The notes under the pieces were generated by a model that was not told the DNA's origin, made no database searches, and saw only the letters and a program-made list of their open reading frames with translations. A program made the translations under genes and the position numbers. A DNA stretch of 64,000 nucleotides from contig JBAQTB010000003.1 of the NCBI GenBank assembly GCA_049296775.1, positions 270,068 through 334,067 on the forward strand, in the 5' to 3' direction. Each line of letters begins with the position of its first letter. Position 1 is the stretch's first letter. This stretch comes from Patescibacteria group bacterium. GTDB lineage: Bacteria; Patescibacteriota; Patescibacteriia; UBA9934. Below, piece by piece: positions 18,207 through 27,837 of the stretch.

Positions 18207-18746
18207 ATGTTGAATGTTTTAGTGGCTTCTAGGAATCCCGTGAAAATTCAGGCTATAAAACAGGCGTTTGAGAAGATGTTTCCCACTGAAGAATTAACTA
18301 TTAGCGGAGCAGAAATAGAGTCTGGAGTGGCCGAGCAACCCATGAGCAGTGAAGAAACTTTACGTGGTGCCAGAAATAGGAATCAAACTTTAAGACAAAA
18401 TCACCCTCAGGCCGATTATTACGCCAGCATTGAAGGTGGTGTGTTTGCTGACACTAATGACGAACTCATGGTCTTGGCCTGGATAGTTATCACCAATAGC
18501 GCCGGCCAGGAAAGCAAGGCGCAAACTGGAACTTTTTTGTTGCCGCCAGTCATCACAGCTCAAATTAAAAATGGGGTAGAGATGGGGGTAGCGGCAGATA
18601 ACTTGCACGGCACCACTAATGTTAAACAAGGCCTGGGCACCGTAGGTATTTTAACCGACGGCGTTATTAATCGGACGGATTACTACGTGCATGCGGCCGT
18701 GCTGGCACTGATTCCGTTCAAGCAAGGCGAGCTGTATAAATTCTAA
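18207..18746 (+). CDS. yjjX: Inosine/xanthosine triphosphatase (YjjX family non-canonical purine NTPase)
   Basis: Collinear with E. coli YjjX: NPVKIQAI.QAF, ESGV.EQP, ETL.GARNR, AIEGG, WIVI.NSAGQ, LLPP motifs; ATG at 18207 preferred over the GTG at 18180. Confidence 0.75.
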   Translation: MLNVLVASRNPVKIQAIKQAFEKMFPTEELTISGAEIESGVAEQPMSSEETLRGARNRNQTLRQNHPQADYYASIEGGVFADTNDELMVLAWIVITNSAGQESKAQTGTFLLPPVITAQIKNGVEMGVAADNLHGTTNVKQGLGTVGILTDGVINRTDYYVHAAVLALIPFKQGELYKF

Positions 18747-18758
18747 GATCTATCTAGT

Positions 18759-20156
18759 TTAAACGACTAGGGGTAATTCGTGCATTGACCAGTCTTGGCC
18801 TTTGACGACATCCTCAATTCTATACGCGCCATGAGTGGGGGCATTCACGTAACCGTTCCAGGCCATGCGTGCTAAAGCTCCGCCATCAATCCAATCCCAC
18901 AACCACTCCCCCGCATACTCTGGCTCCAAAGCATCGGTACCACCACCAACTTGCCGCAACCAATTACGATTAAAATCTTCTTGACTGCCAACAGTCGGCG
19001 CCATGAGAATCGGTAAACCAAGACCAGTGTAGAACGATAACTCAGACGGCTTAGTCCACAAAATGTCGGTCTTACGCATGAGCTTGTTGAATTCCGCAAA
19101 ATACTCGGCACGATCTGGGGTCGACAAAATTCTCAAGCGGCCATCTTTCAGGGCGCGTCGCAGCGGCGTGACCGCTAGCTCGGCTTCAAAATACTCGGCC
19201 ACTTCCGGCCGAGTGCCAGCCACTAGAGTCATGATCAGGCGATCGTCTAAAATATCCCTGGTTAAACTCTTGGCCACGGCTACACCCATTTCTCGCTGAG
19301 CACCCGCACCACCCACCGCAAAAGTTAGGGCGATCGGCGTGGGACGTTTGCGCTGGATAGCAGCACAAAACGTCTGACCAAAAGCCGCCTCCAACATAGC
19401 CTCAGAATGAAAAGCGAATACACCACGAGGATCTAAATTGCACATGCGGCGTGAGAGATCGGATAAAACGTACTTACCCTCCCGATCCCCCACATTCTCC
19501 ATGGGCAACGGGAAACCAGTCAACAAGATATTCTCCTTGCGCACGCCGTAAAGCTGCAATCTCTCAGCCACCCGGCCCGTTGGTGCTAAATACTTAATCC
19601 GACTTTTGTGAGGATTGAGTGGCACCCAGGCCCGGGAAACATCGGCATCGCAAATGACCAAATAAATATCTTCCGGATAACCAAACTCCTCGGCCGCAAA
19701 CGCCGGCGTCATGAAAGTACAAATTAACGGCTTGGGATTAGCAGCTAATTGCTCAATTAAGTGTTTGCAGTGCTTAGCTTTACGAATCAGGGCGTAAGTC
19801 TGCTTAACCTGCAGGGTTGGAGCCGATAAATCACGCCGGGGGTAAAACGGCTGAATCTCCTGCATCTTGTCCATGACACCAAAGGCCGCTTGACCCACAA
19901 TGGGAAAACGCTTAAACCTAGAAATGCGCTCATACCACGTCTGACCCGTGGACCAAATCTTGCGATCAGCTTCAGGAATACCGGAGTACGTATTAGCTAG
20001 AATGACCTTGCCGCCAACCGCCAAAGAACGCAAAGCTGAGGCGGCCCGTTCATGGCCGTACCCCATACTCACCGCGACCACATGAGCCGCTCCCCCATTT
20101 TTTCCCCCAACTGCCATATGAATAGCCCCAGTATAACAAACAAATTCCCCTCCCAC
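18759..20156 (-). CDS. Conserved hypothetical protein (465 aa)
   Basis: Long ORF with good coding character; no confidently recognisable domain. Confidence 0.5.
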   Translation of the reverse strand: MGGEFVCYTGAIHMAVGGKNGGAAHVVAVSMGYGHERAASALRSLAVGGKVILANTYSGIPEADRKIWSTGQTWYERISRFKRFPIVGQAAFGVMDKMQEIQPFYPRRDLSAPTLQVKQTYALIRKAKHCKHLIEQLAANPKPLICTFMTPAFAAEEFGYPEDIYLVICDADVSRAWVPLNPHKSRIKYLAPTGRVAERLQLYGVRKENILLTGFPLPMENVGDREGKYVLSDLSRRMCNLDPRGVFAFHSEAMLEAAFGQTFCAAIQRKRPTPIALTFAVGGAGAQREMGVAVAKSLTRDILDDRLIMTLVAGTRPEVAEYFEAELAVTPLRRALKDGRLRILSTPDRAEYFAEFNKLMRKTDILWTKPSELSFYTGLGLPILMAPTVGSQEDFNRNWLRQVGGGTDALEPEYAGEWLWDWIDGGALARMAWNGYVNAPTHGAYRIEDVVKGQDWSMHELPLVV

Positions 20157-20237
20157 TTATCCAGGGTGATTTGGGCCTAAGACTTGACCAGTTTTAGGCT
20201 TTAAGGTAAACTCCTGCCAACTTGTTTATACCCTTTT

Positions 20238-20468
20238 ATGTCAAAGATTTGCGCCATTACTGGCAAAAAGCCTAACGTTGCCAACAATGTTAGTCACGCC
20301 AACAACAAGACTAAGCGTCGCCAGATGCCTAATCTCCAAAATCGGACTCTGATCAACCCAAAGACTGGTGAGAAGCACCGTGTCATGATCTCTAGCCGTG
20401 GTCTACGTACGCTGACCAAGTGGTTAGCTGAGGGTAAGCAGATTGACTTCAAGGCTTTAATTGCCTAA
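20238..20468 (+). CDS. rpmB: 50S ribosomal protein L28
   Basis: MSKICAITGKKP..NNVSHANNKTKRR..PNLQ matches bL28 N-terminal consensus; 76 aa. Confidence 0.85.
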   Translation: MSKICAITGKKPNVANNVSHANNKTKRRQMPNLQNRTLINPKTGEKHRVMISSRGLRTLTKWLAEGKQIDFKALIA

Positions 20469-20480
20469 AAGGTCAGACAA

Positions 20481-20507
20481 AAAACCGTCCTGATGGGACG
20501 GTTTTTT
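20481..20507. terminator. Bidirectional rho-independent terminator
   Basis: AAAACCGTCC-TGATG-GGACGGTTTTTT; serves rpmB (+) and the giant gene (-). Confidence 0.6.
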
Positions 20508-23500
20508 AGTTGCTGACCAAGGGGTCTGTGCCATTTTCGACCTCCTGTGAATCAATGAAGCCATCATTATCTGTGTCATTCAAATCTGGATTAGTCTCGT
20601 AGAGCAACTCCTCATCGTCAGTCAGACCATCACGATCCTGATCGTTTCTAGTTAAGCCAAAACGTGTAAAGAAGTCCCGAATCTTCAGAGGCACAGTCAC
20701 CACGAAGGCCTCGCCAAACCAATAATGACGGAACATGGTAGGTGGCACAGTCAGAATAAAGTCTTGCCAATTATCGCCTAAGATAAATCTAGCATCCTCC
20801 TCATTTGAAATGTGGTGCAGGATATTTGGCGCCTCAGATGTATATACTTCTGGCTGACTCTCGATCTGAACTAAGATAACTCCGGTCTGAGGCAAAATTG
20901 GCTCACCCATGGGATAGAGCGATAAGGTTTCATCTGGCACAACCACTAGGCTATCCATATTGGTAAACCAGGTGTAGAAAATCTCTTCATTCCAGAACGG
21001 ACGGCGTAAACCGTCTTCCAGCCAGTACACAGTGGGTAACCCTTCACCCTTAAAGACATCCCCGTTCGCCACTGGACCGGGCGGCGTAGTCTCTCCAGTG
21101 TCTTCATCATCAGTCGTGTCATCGTCAGCACTCGGCGCACAAACGCCAAGATCTACAATCACGGGCACGGTTGGATGACGATTATTCGTTGTCGAAACTA
21201 AGAGCACATACACGGTCTGTAGTCCCTCAGTAGCCGGGATATGCCACGGAATTAACATCGCTTCAATGCCCGCCTCATCGGCCAAACTAGCATCTGGCTC
21301 AAAGTCATACATCTCAGACTCAATAAACTCTGCATCATTAGCTATAAACACCCTCACCGCTCCCCTGGCTTGAATAAAGAGATCGACATTGGCGCCATCA
21401 GTACACGAATTAGTCAGCTGTCTAGCCTCCACGATCACGCCCGTCACAAATGAAGGTGATACTCCCCCTGAACCTGAGCTGTCATTATCCAAAACTTCGA
21501 CCTCAACATCAGCAATCACGAAACCATCGTAAACACCATCAAAGGAGGCGGCGGTGTGAGAAATCGTAACCGTCATTGGACTGGTTTCATCCTGAGAATC
21601 ATCCAGGGCTGTCACGGTGACAGCTTGAGGCGTATCCCAATTAGCATTAGTAAACGTAAAGACCTCAGCACTCACCTCAATTTCAGTAGCATCGTAAGTT
21701 AACGAAATCGCCACGTCAGAGGTTGGTTCACTGGTTAAAACTAAAGTGTAATCATCAGAAGTCGCTCCAAGCTCATCCACGCTGGTTGCGCCGCCAGATT
21801 CAACCACAGTAATCCCAGCTGTGTCATTATCGGTGTTAGTGACGTCAACATCAGCTGGATTTAAACCGTTATAAATCAGATCGTTAGAAACGGCTGCACC
21901 TAAAATAATCATGTACGCCACATCGCCGTCATCCAAATCATCATCCGCACCTGTAACTGTGACGGTTTGCGGAGTGCTGTAATCGCCTACGGTGAAGGTC
22001 AGAGTACCTCCACTCGTCACCGCGCCTTCACTGTCGTCATTGGTCGCCACGGCGATAGTGACGGTGTCACTAGGCTCAGTCTCTAAAACTACGGTGAAAG
22101 TGGCCGTGCCACCGGCTTCAGTGGTATTACCAGAAATCGCCGAGACCGTAATACTAGAAGTATCGTTATCAGTGACGTCAACGTCCAAAGCATCAAAGAC
22201 TAAACCGTCGTAGGTAAGGTCAGAGGATGAAAACTCGAAAGTCACCACCCCGACATGTGGGTCTGTTTCATCCAGATCATCATCAACAGCTGTGACCGTG
22301 ACTTCTTGCGGCGTATCCCAATTTTCAGTGGTAAAAGTCAATTGTGCAGTTGAGCCAGTAATATCCGCATCAAAAGCCAGGTCAACCGTGACATTATTAG
22401 ACGGCTCAGAGGTCAAGACCAATGTAAACGTATCCGAAGTTTCAGATGCCTCAGCCACTGCCGTATTCCCACCAGACTCGACCAAACTAGCACCCAATGC
22501 ATCATTGTCAGTATTCGTGACCGACACATCGTTCGGGTTAATCGCATCGTACGCTGCATCTGCAGTACTCGCGTCATCGGTTGAGGTCTGAATGGAATAA
22601 GCGATATCGCCATCATCCACGTCGTCATTAACACCGGTCACAGTCACGGTTTGTGGAGTGCTCCAATTCAGCGTGGTGAAAGTACGAGTCGCTCCGGAAG
22701 TAACCGTACCCTCCGTACTATCCGACGAAGCCGAGTCTACCCGCACGTCACCAAGCGGCTCAGACGTTAACACGACCGTAAACGTAGCCGTACCCCCGGC
22801 TTCCGTGGTATTGCCAGAAATAACTGAGACAGTCACGCCCGCGGTGTCGTCATCTGTGTTAGTGACTGACACGTCACTTGGATCATAAGCATCATAGCCC
22901 GCATCGAGAGTGCCGGTATCGTTAGTAGACACATCGATAGTATAAACAACATCACCATCATCAACATCATCATTCACGCCGGTCACAGTCACGGTTTGTG
23001 GGGTGTCCCAGTTATCCGTCGTGAAGGTCAAGGACGAACCGTTCGTAACCGTACCTTCCGTAGCATCATTAGTGGCAGAGTCGATGACGACATCATCTAA
23101 AGGTGCAAAATCCAAAACCACTGTATAAGTCGCCGTACCCCCGGCCTCTGTAGTATTGCCAGAAATAGCGGAAACGGTCACACCAATATCTGAAAACCAA
23201 CCATCAGTATTACTACCTTCCTCGGAATTGGCTGGGTTAAGCGGCACCGTCACCGCAGAAGAGTTGTCGATGGCGGTATTGTCTGAAACGGTCAAATAGT
23301 CACCGGTAAAGGTGGAGGCACCAGTAAAATCAAAGGCGGCCTCGCTACCGTCCATGGTAGCGATAATGATGATCTTATCGCTACTATCAAGACCGTTTAA
23401 TAGCAAAGAGCTACCGATAGTCTGTATCGATCCAGAAGCCAGAGTCAAAGTATTACTGGCGGCATCGTTACTCGTCTGTTCATAAATAAAGTCATACCAA

Positions 23501-26448
23501 GTAGTATCACCAGTCAAACTATGATCTGCATCAGCATCAAAAGTGACCGTTCCAGCCTGTGCTGCAAACGTGCCGGCATTAGTCCAGTCTCCCCCAATGG
23601 TCAAAGCGTAATCCTGGCCAGACACCATATTCAAAGTACCGGACGTCAACGTCAAATCAGCATTAACATCTAAAGCAGTAGCTGGTTGAAAAGTGTCAGT
23701 CGCACCGTCAGTGCTATTAATCACGAGGTTAGAGTAGGTATCCTTCAATGTAGTCAAAGTATAAGTATCTATAGCAGTATCGCCGTCTCCTACATACGTC
23801 ACTATAGAGCCGGAGTTGAGAGTTGGATAAGTTGCATTCAAAGTAATCGTTTCTGCGCCTTGAAGCTGAAAATTACCTCCATCTTCAACGATAAACGTAC
23901 CGCTCAGTCCGTTCACCGTTAACGCTTGTCCGCTTAAGTAAAATTTGCCTTCCTCAATAATCAAATCCTGGTTATCTTCATCGACCACAAGAGCTGACAG
24001 CAAATTCACCTGCCCCCCATCTTTGTTAACATATATATCTGCGGTAAATTTATCTGTGGCGCCGGTTAGATCAAAAGACTGGGTAGCCGAACCGCTGAAT
24101 CTCAACGGCACAGTGCTACCATCAAAACCAGCTTGAACGGTCACGTTAGCCTGAGGCTCGATACTGCCTGTAATAGTCGACAGCGTGCCGTTGGTTAAAA
24201 TTAAATTACCAGTCAACGTTAAAATGTCTCCTTCACCAATAGAGGTTCCAGAGATTCTGTTGATGGTTAATTGATTAAAAGTCTGCGTACCATTGAAATT
24301 CCAAGTTCCGCTAGTGACCGTGGCTGTAATCAGCGTAGGCGCAATAAAAGTACCTCCGGTTATGTCGAAATCTCCACTCACATTCCAGGCACTTTGGGCA
24401 CTGGCGTCATAAGAGCCCGCCGCCTGCATCCAATCATCAACTGTGAGCGTAAAATCACTGGGATTATTCAAGGGAATTGCCCCAGAAAAATCAGATGTAG
24501 CCTCAATGGCGTTCAGAGTCGCAGCTGCTCCAATGTCAATATCATCATTTGCATCCGCCGCACTATTCAGACGAATTCTCGGAGCAATACCCCCAGTAAT
24601 AGTGTAGGTTTGTGCCACGGAATCATCACCAAAATCAATATAGGCCGTACCCCCATCAAAACCTGCGCCCTGAGAAATATTAGCTCTGGCATCTACCTGC
24701 GAAGTACTCCCGGTGATTGAGCCGTTAGTTAGGGTCAATAAACCCGTAACCACAAAAGTATCGCCCGCGATCATTGAAACGGAACTAGCACGATTAATTG
24801 TTAATTGATTAAAAGTTAAACTCGTAACCACATTCCAAGAGCCACTCGTACCAGTAGCAGTTACCAAAACTGGGGGCACAAAGGTGTCCACCGACAAAGT
24901 CAGATCACCACTCAAGTTCCAAGCACTTTGGGCACTGGCGTCATAAGTACCGACGGCCTGCGTCCAGGCATCGATAACTAGAGTAAAATCGCTCGGGTTA
25001 TTTAAGGGGATAGCCCCAGAGAAACCCGCATTAGTTTGAATAGCGTTCAAAATGGCCGCCGCTTCAATATTAATGTCATCACTAGCGTCAGCGGCACTAT
25101 CCAAACGAATTCTAGGCGCAGTACCACCGCTCACGGTATACGTCTGCACCAAGCTATCGTTACCAAAATCAATATACCCGTTACCACCGTCAAAACCAGC
25201 GCCCTGGTTGACATCCCCTTGGACGATGATCTCACCAGTCGATCCAGATATTGAGCCGTTAGTCAAAGTCAACGTACCGTCGACCGCTAAAGTGTCATTC
25301 GTTCCAAAAACTAAGGAGCTCGTACGATTAATCGTGAAATCTGCAAAGGTCTGGCTGGTATTGACATCATACGTACCCGTCGTTCCGGAAGCTGTCACCA
25401 AGGCAGGAGCCGTCAATGTACCACCAGATATGGTCAATGATACGATATTCCAAGCAGTTTGCGCGCTGGCGTCATACGTACCAGCCGCCTGCGACCACAA
25501 GGTAAAAGTTGGCACAAAATCACCAGCGTTGCTGAATGGAATAGTTCCAGAAAAACCGGAGGTAACAGTTAAGCTCGTAAATGTGGTGGCGGCGCTATGT
25601 AGAACGGTGTCGCTAGCATCCGCAGCGCTATCTAAACGAATGTTAGGAGCGATACCTCCAGCAGCGGTATAGGTCTGACCCACACCGTCATTACCAAAAT
25701 CAATGATCGCCGAACCACCATCAAAGCCAGACGTTTGGCTAATATCCCCATTAGCCGTAATCGTTCCCGTATTTACCACACCGTTTGTCAGCGTCAGCGT
25801 GCCATCTACCACCAACGTATCTCCTGACGTAATCGTCATCGTGGAAGTACGATTGATAATTAAGTTATTAAAAGTTTCTGTCACGCTCACGTTCCACGTG
25901 GCGGTGGAGCCATCCGCAGTCACCGTACCAGTAGACGGAGCAAAACTTCCTGAACTAACCGTAAAGGCCCCCGCCACTGCCATATTGCCGCTAGTCGACG
26001 TAAACGTTCCGCCCGAAACCGTAAACGCATCATTAAAATCTAAAGCGCCATCACTCCCAGTAAACGTACCGGCGGAAATATCAAAGTCAGACGTGCCAAC
26101 AGTCAGCGTTGCGGCCGCCGCCTGCGTAACCACGCCGGAGTAGCCCGTGTTAATGTCTACGCCACCCACACTGATTGCACCATCAAGAGTGGCAGCCTTG
26201 GTGCTAGTACCGTCAAACGTAGCTATGTCACCAACACCTGGCTCTACATTACTACTCCAGTTAGCATCACACGACCATTTATTGCCGTCACCCACTCCAC
26301 CGCCACATGTACCATCTGCGCCACCGCCGTCCCAAGTAATGACCGCCGCCTGAACTGAACTAGAACTTAACGCAAAAACAACCAAAAGACTGGCAAGACT
26401 AACGCATATGACGCTACTCATCCTCAAAAACCAATAGACACGCTTCAT
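20506..26448 (-). CDS. Giant secreted surface/adhesin-like protein (1980 aa)
   Basis: N-terminal signal peptide; four ~145-aa beta-helix-like tandem repeats; about five Calx-beta/cadherin-like repeats (VTVTGVNDDVDDGD); acidic linker; conserved C-terminal domain also found in the 50512 gene; terminal DxDxDG thrombospondin-type-3-like Ca-binding repeats. Confidence 0.8.
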   Translation of the reverse strand: MKRVYWFLRMSSVICVSLASLLVVFALSSSSVQAAVITWDGGGADGTCGGGVGDGNKWSCDANWSSNVEPGVGDIATFDGTSTKAATLDGAISVGGVDINTGYSGVVTQAAAATLTVGTSDFDISAGTFTGSDGALDFNDAFTVSGGTFTSTSGNMAVAGAFTVSSGSFAPSTGTVTADGSTATWNVSVTETFNNLIINRTSTMTITSGDTLVVDGTLTLTNGVVNTGTITANGDISQTSGFDGGSAIIDFGNDGVGQTYTAAGGIAPNIRLDSAADASDTVLHSAATTFTSLTVTSGFSGTIPFSNAGDFVPTFTLWSQAAGTYDASAQTAWNIVSLTISGGTLTAPALVTASGTTGTYDVNTSQTFADFTINRTSSLVFGTNDTLAVDGTLTLTNGSISGSTGEIIVQGDVNQGAGFDGGNGYIDFGNDSLVQTYTVSGGTAPRIRLDSAADASDDINIEAAAILNAIQTNAGFSGAIPLNNPSDFTLVIDAWTQAVGTYDASAQSAWNLSGDLTLSVDTFVPPVLVTATGTSGSWNVVTSLTFNQLTINRASSVSMIAGDTFVVTGLLTLTNGSITGSTSQVDARANISQGAGFDGGTAYIDFGDDSVAQTYTITGGIAPRIRLNSAADANDDIDIGAAATLNAIEATSDFSGAIPLNNPSDFTLTVDDWMQAAGSYDASAQSAWNVSGDFDITGGTFIAPTLITATVTSGTWNFNGTQTFNQLTINRISGTSIGEGDILTLTGNLILTNGTLSTITGSIEPQANVTVQAGFDGSTVPLRFSGSATQSFDLTGATDKFTADIYVNKDGGQVNLLSALVVDEDNQDLIIEEGKFYLSGQALTVNGLSGTFIVEDGGNFQLQGAETITLNATYPTLNSGSIVTYVGDGDTAIDTYTLTTLKDTYSNLVINSTDGATDTFQPATALDVNADLTLTSGTLNMVSGQDYALTIGGDWTNAGTFAAQAGTVTFDADADHSLTGDTTWYDFIYEQTSNDAASNTLTLASGSIQTIGSSLLLNGLDSSDKIIIIATMDGSEAAFDFTGASTFTGDYLTVSDNTAIDNSSAVTVPLNPANSEEGSNTDGWFSDIGVTVSAISGNTTEAGGTATYTVVLDFAPLDDVVIDSATNDATEGTVTNGSSLTFTTDNWDTPQTVTVTGVNDDVDDGDVVYTIDVSTNDTGTLDAGYDAYDPSDVSVTNTDDDTAGVTVSVISGNTTEAGGTATFTVVLTSEPLGDVRVDSASSDSTEGTVTSGATRTFTTLNWSTPQTVTVTGVNDDVDDGDIAYSIQTSTDDASTADAAYDAINPNDVSVTNTDNDALGASLVESGGNTAVAEASETSDTFTLVLTSEPSNNVTVDLAFDADITGSTAQLTFTTENWDTPQEVTVTAVDDDLDETDPHVGVVTFEFSSSDLTYDGLVFDALDVDVTDNDTSSITVSAISGNTTEAGGTATFTVVLETEPSDTVTIAVATNDDSEGAVTSGGTLTFTVGDYSTPQTVTVTGADDDLDDGDVAYMIILGAAVSNDLIYNGLNPADVDVTNTDNDTAGITVVESGGATSVDELGATSDDYTLVLTSEPTSDVAISLTYDATEIEVSAEVFTFTNANWDTPQAVTVTALDDSQDETSPMTVTISHTAASFDGVYDGFVIADVEVEVLDNDSSGSGGVSPSFVTGVIVEARQLTNSCTDGANVDLFIQARGAVRVFIANDAEFIESEMYDFEPDASLADEAGIEAMLIPWHIPATEGLQTVYVLLVSTTNNRHPTVPVIVDLGVCAPSADDDTTDDEDTGETTPPGPVANGDVFKGEGLPTVYWLEDGLRRPFWNEEIFYTWFTNMDSLVVVPDETLSLYPMGEPILPQTGVILVQIESQPEVYTSEAPNILHHISNEEDARFILGDNWQDFILTVPPTMFRHYWFGEAFVVTVPLKIRDFFTRFGLTRNDQDRDGLTDDEELLYETNPDLNDTDNDGFIDSQEVENGTDPLVSN
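24080..25810. repeat. Tandem ~435-bp coding repeats (x4) inside the giant adhesin gene (approximate bounds)
   Basis: Protein-level repeats ..GFDGG..YIDFG.D...QTYT..GG.APRIRL.SAADA.DDI.I..AA.LNAI....FSGAIPLNNPSDFTL..D.W.QA.G.YDASAQSAWN.. recur four times. Confidence 0.55.
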
Positions 26449-26460
26449 AAGCGTGTCTAT
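26434..26460. promoter_or_regulatory. Perfect 12-bp inverted repeat with the giant gene start codon as its 3-nt loop
   Basis: ATAGACACGCTT-CAT-AAGCGTGTCTAT; CAT 26446-26448 is the ATG of the minus-strand gene. Confidence 0.5.
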
Positions 26461-26480
26461 TTTACCATAGATTAAAGGTA

Positions 26481-26508
26481 AGATTTTAGATCTTAGACTT
26501 TAGATTTT
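26481..26508. repeat. Four tandem heptamers AGATTTT AGATCTT AGACTTT AGATTTT just upstream of the giant gene start
   Basis: Exact 7-nt periodicity; shares AGACTTTAG core with the sites at 41691 and 50405. Confidence 0.55.
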
Positions 26509-26510
26509 GG

Positions 26511-27734
26511 CTAGCTATCCACCAAAGTTGCTAATAGCTCCCTACCCTTCTCTTCCCACTCAGTTAAACTATAAAACTGCTTCTCAAGTACGTAGTCGGT
26601 AACTACCTGAACAGCCTTGTCATGATCTACGTCACGCAGCTCTCTTAAATACTTCTCCATGAACCTAAAGTGCAGTTCTTCACGCGCATCATCATTCTCA
26701 ATTTGGCGCCACAACTGCTCAGCGTAAACATGGGCCACAGTCTCGTTAGCCGCCAAGGACTCGCGCATGTAGGCCTCTAACTCAATCTGCAATTCATCAA
26801 CACTCTTGTATGACAAATCCTCAGGCGATAACCGACCCTCCAGACTAGCGAGCAACGCCGCTACCTGCACTTCAGCGTTATCTGTGTCCAAATGATAATC
26901 CCGGGTCTCGTAATACGGTTTCATGGTTAAGGTGATGTCCTGCGGATGATCGGCGATCTCAGCGGCACGATAGGCGGTGTACAGAGCCTGAGCAGTTTTG
27001 AAATCCAAATCAGTATCGACTAACGAATATAAAATATGTAACAAGGTCGTCGACATCCCATCTCCGCCCAACAATTTCAAGGCCATGTCCTTCATGAAGA
27101 CCGCTTGATTCTGACTCCGTTGTGGATCGCCAATGGCGTAACTCTGGCGATGACGTAACCACTGCAGCGTCTCAGTCGTAGGCAACTGCAACACACGGAA
27201 GATCCCTAAGGCTTGAGAAAACCCGACGGTCGCGACATAGTCCGCTTTCACCCCGACGATTTTTTCAATTTGCGTAACCCCGTAATCTAAACCGCCAAAG
27301 GCACAAGCATTAGACACGTAATAATCTGTTTCCAAATACTCTCGTCCTGGTGGCAAGGGCGTGTAAGTGCCACGCGGCACGGACGTAATCAGCATGCTCC
27401 AATCTTCCAAATCCAAAGTGATCATGTGGATAGCATCGCAATGACGCTCTAGTCCTTCTTTCCTAGAGTCCAGCCCGAGAGTCAGAATATTGATCTGGGA
27501 GTTGGTCCCAAATGGAATACCGGTATCAGCCTCAATCTCCGCCTGACGCGCCTCAACCGCCGCCTCAACCGCATCCCAGGCTGGCGGCGCAGCTGCCTCT
27601 AAAGAAGTATTCGGAGCAGCTTTAACAAACAAAAGTCCGCCGGCCACCACACCGCCGGCCACGGTAGAGAGTAAGAAAATCGGGAGCAACCAAGCCTTCA
27701 TAGCACTGAGCATTACAGAAACAACTATCTTCAC
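26511..27734 (-). CDS. LytR-CpsA-Psr (LCP) family cell-envelope phosphotransferase
   Basis: N-terminal TM anchor; LCP core NILTLGLDSR...HCDAIHMITLD. Confidence 0.7.
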   Translation of the reverse strand: MKIVVSVMLSAMKAWLLPIFLLSTVAGGVVAGGLLFVKAAPNTSLEAAAPPAWDAVEAAVEARQAEIEADTGIPFGTNSQINILTLGLDSRKEGLERHCDAIHMITLDLEDWSMLITSVPRGTYTPLPPGREYLETDYYVSNACAFGGLDYGVTQIEKIVGVKADYVATVGFSQALGIFRVLQLPTTETLQWLRHRQSYAIGDPQRSQNQAVFMKDMALKLLGGDGMSTTLLHILYSLVDTDLDFKTAQALYTAYRAAEIADHPQDITLTMKPYYETRDYHLDTDNAEVQVAALLASLEGRLSPEDLSYKSVDELQIELEAYMRESLAANETVAHVYAEQLWRQIENDDAREELHFRFMEKYLRELRDVDHDKAVQVVTDYVLEKQFYSLTEWEEKGRELLATLVDS

Positions 27735-27785
27735 TTATATATCTATCACATACCAAAAATCTGAGCCTTTGTCGAGAGGCTGTGG

Positions 27786-27820
27786 AAAAATAAAAGAGCC
27801 CCCATATACGCATGGGGACC
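27786..27820 (-). terminator. Rho-independent terminator for hup
   Basis: CCCCAT-ATACGC-ATGGGG stem followed on the minus strand by CTTTTATTTTT. Confidence 0.5.
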
Positions 27821-27837
27821 CTTTTACTGGTAAAAGC

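Noticed and set aside
21992-26353. Many plus-strand ORFs (up to 206 aa) inside the giant adhesin gene
   Set aside because: They are antisense to a 1980-aa gene with a signal peptide and clear domain repeats. Repetitive Thr/Gly/Ser-rich coding DNA lacks stop codons on the opposite strand, which explains these artefacts.
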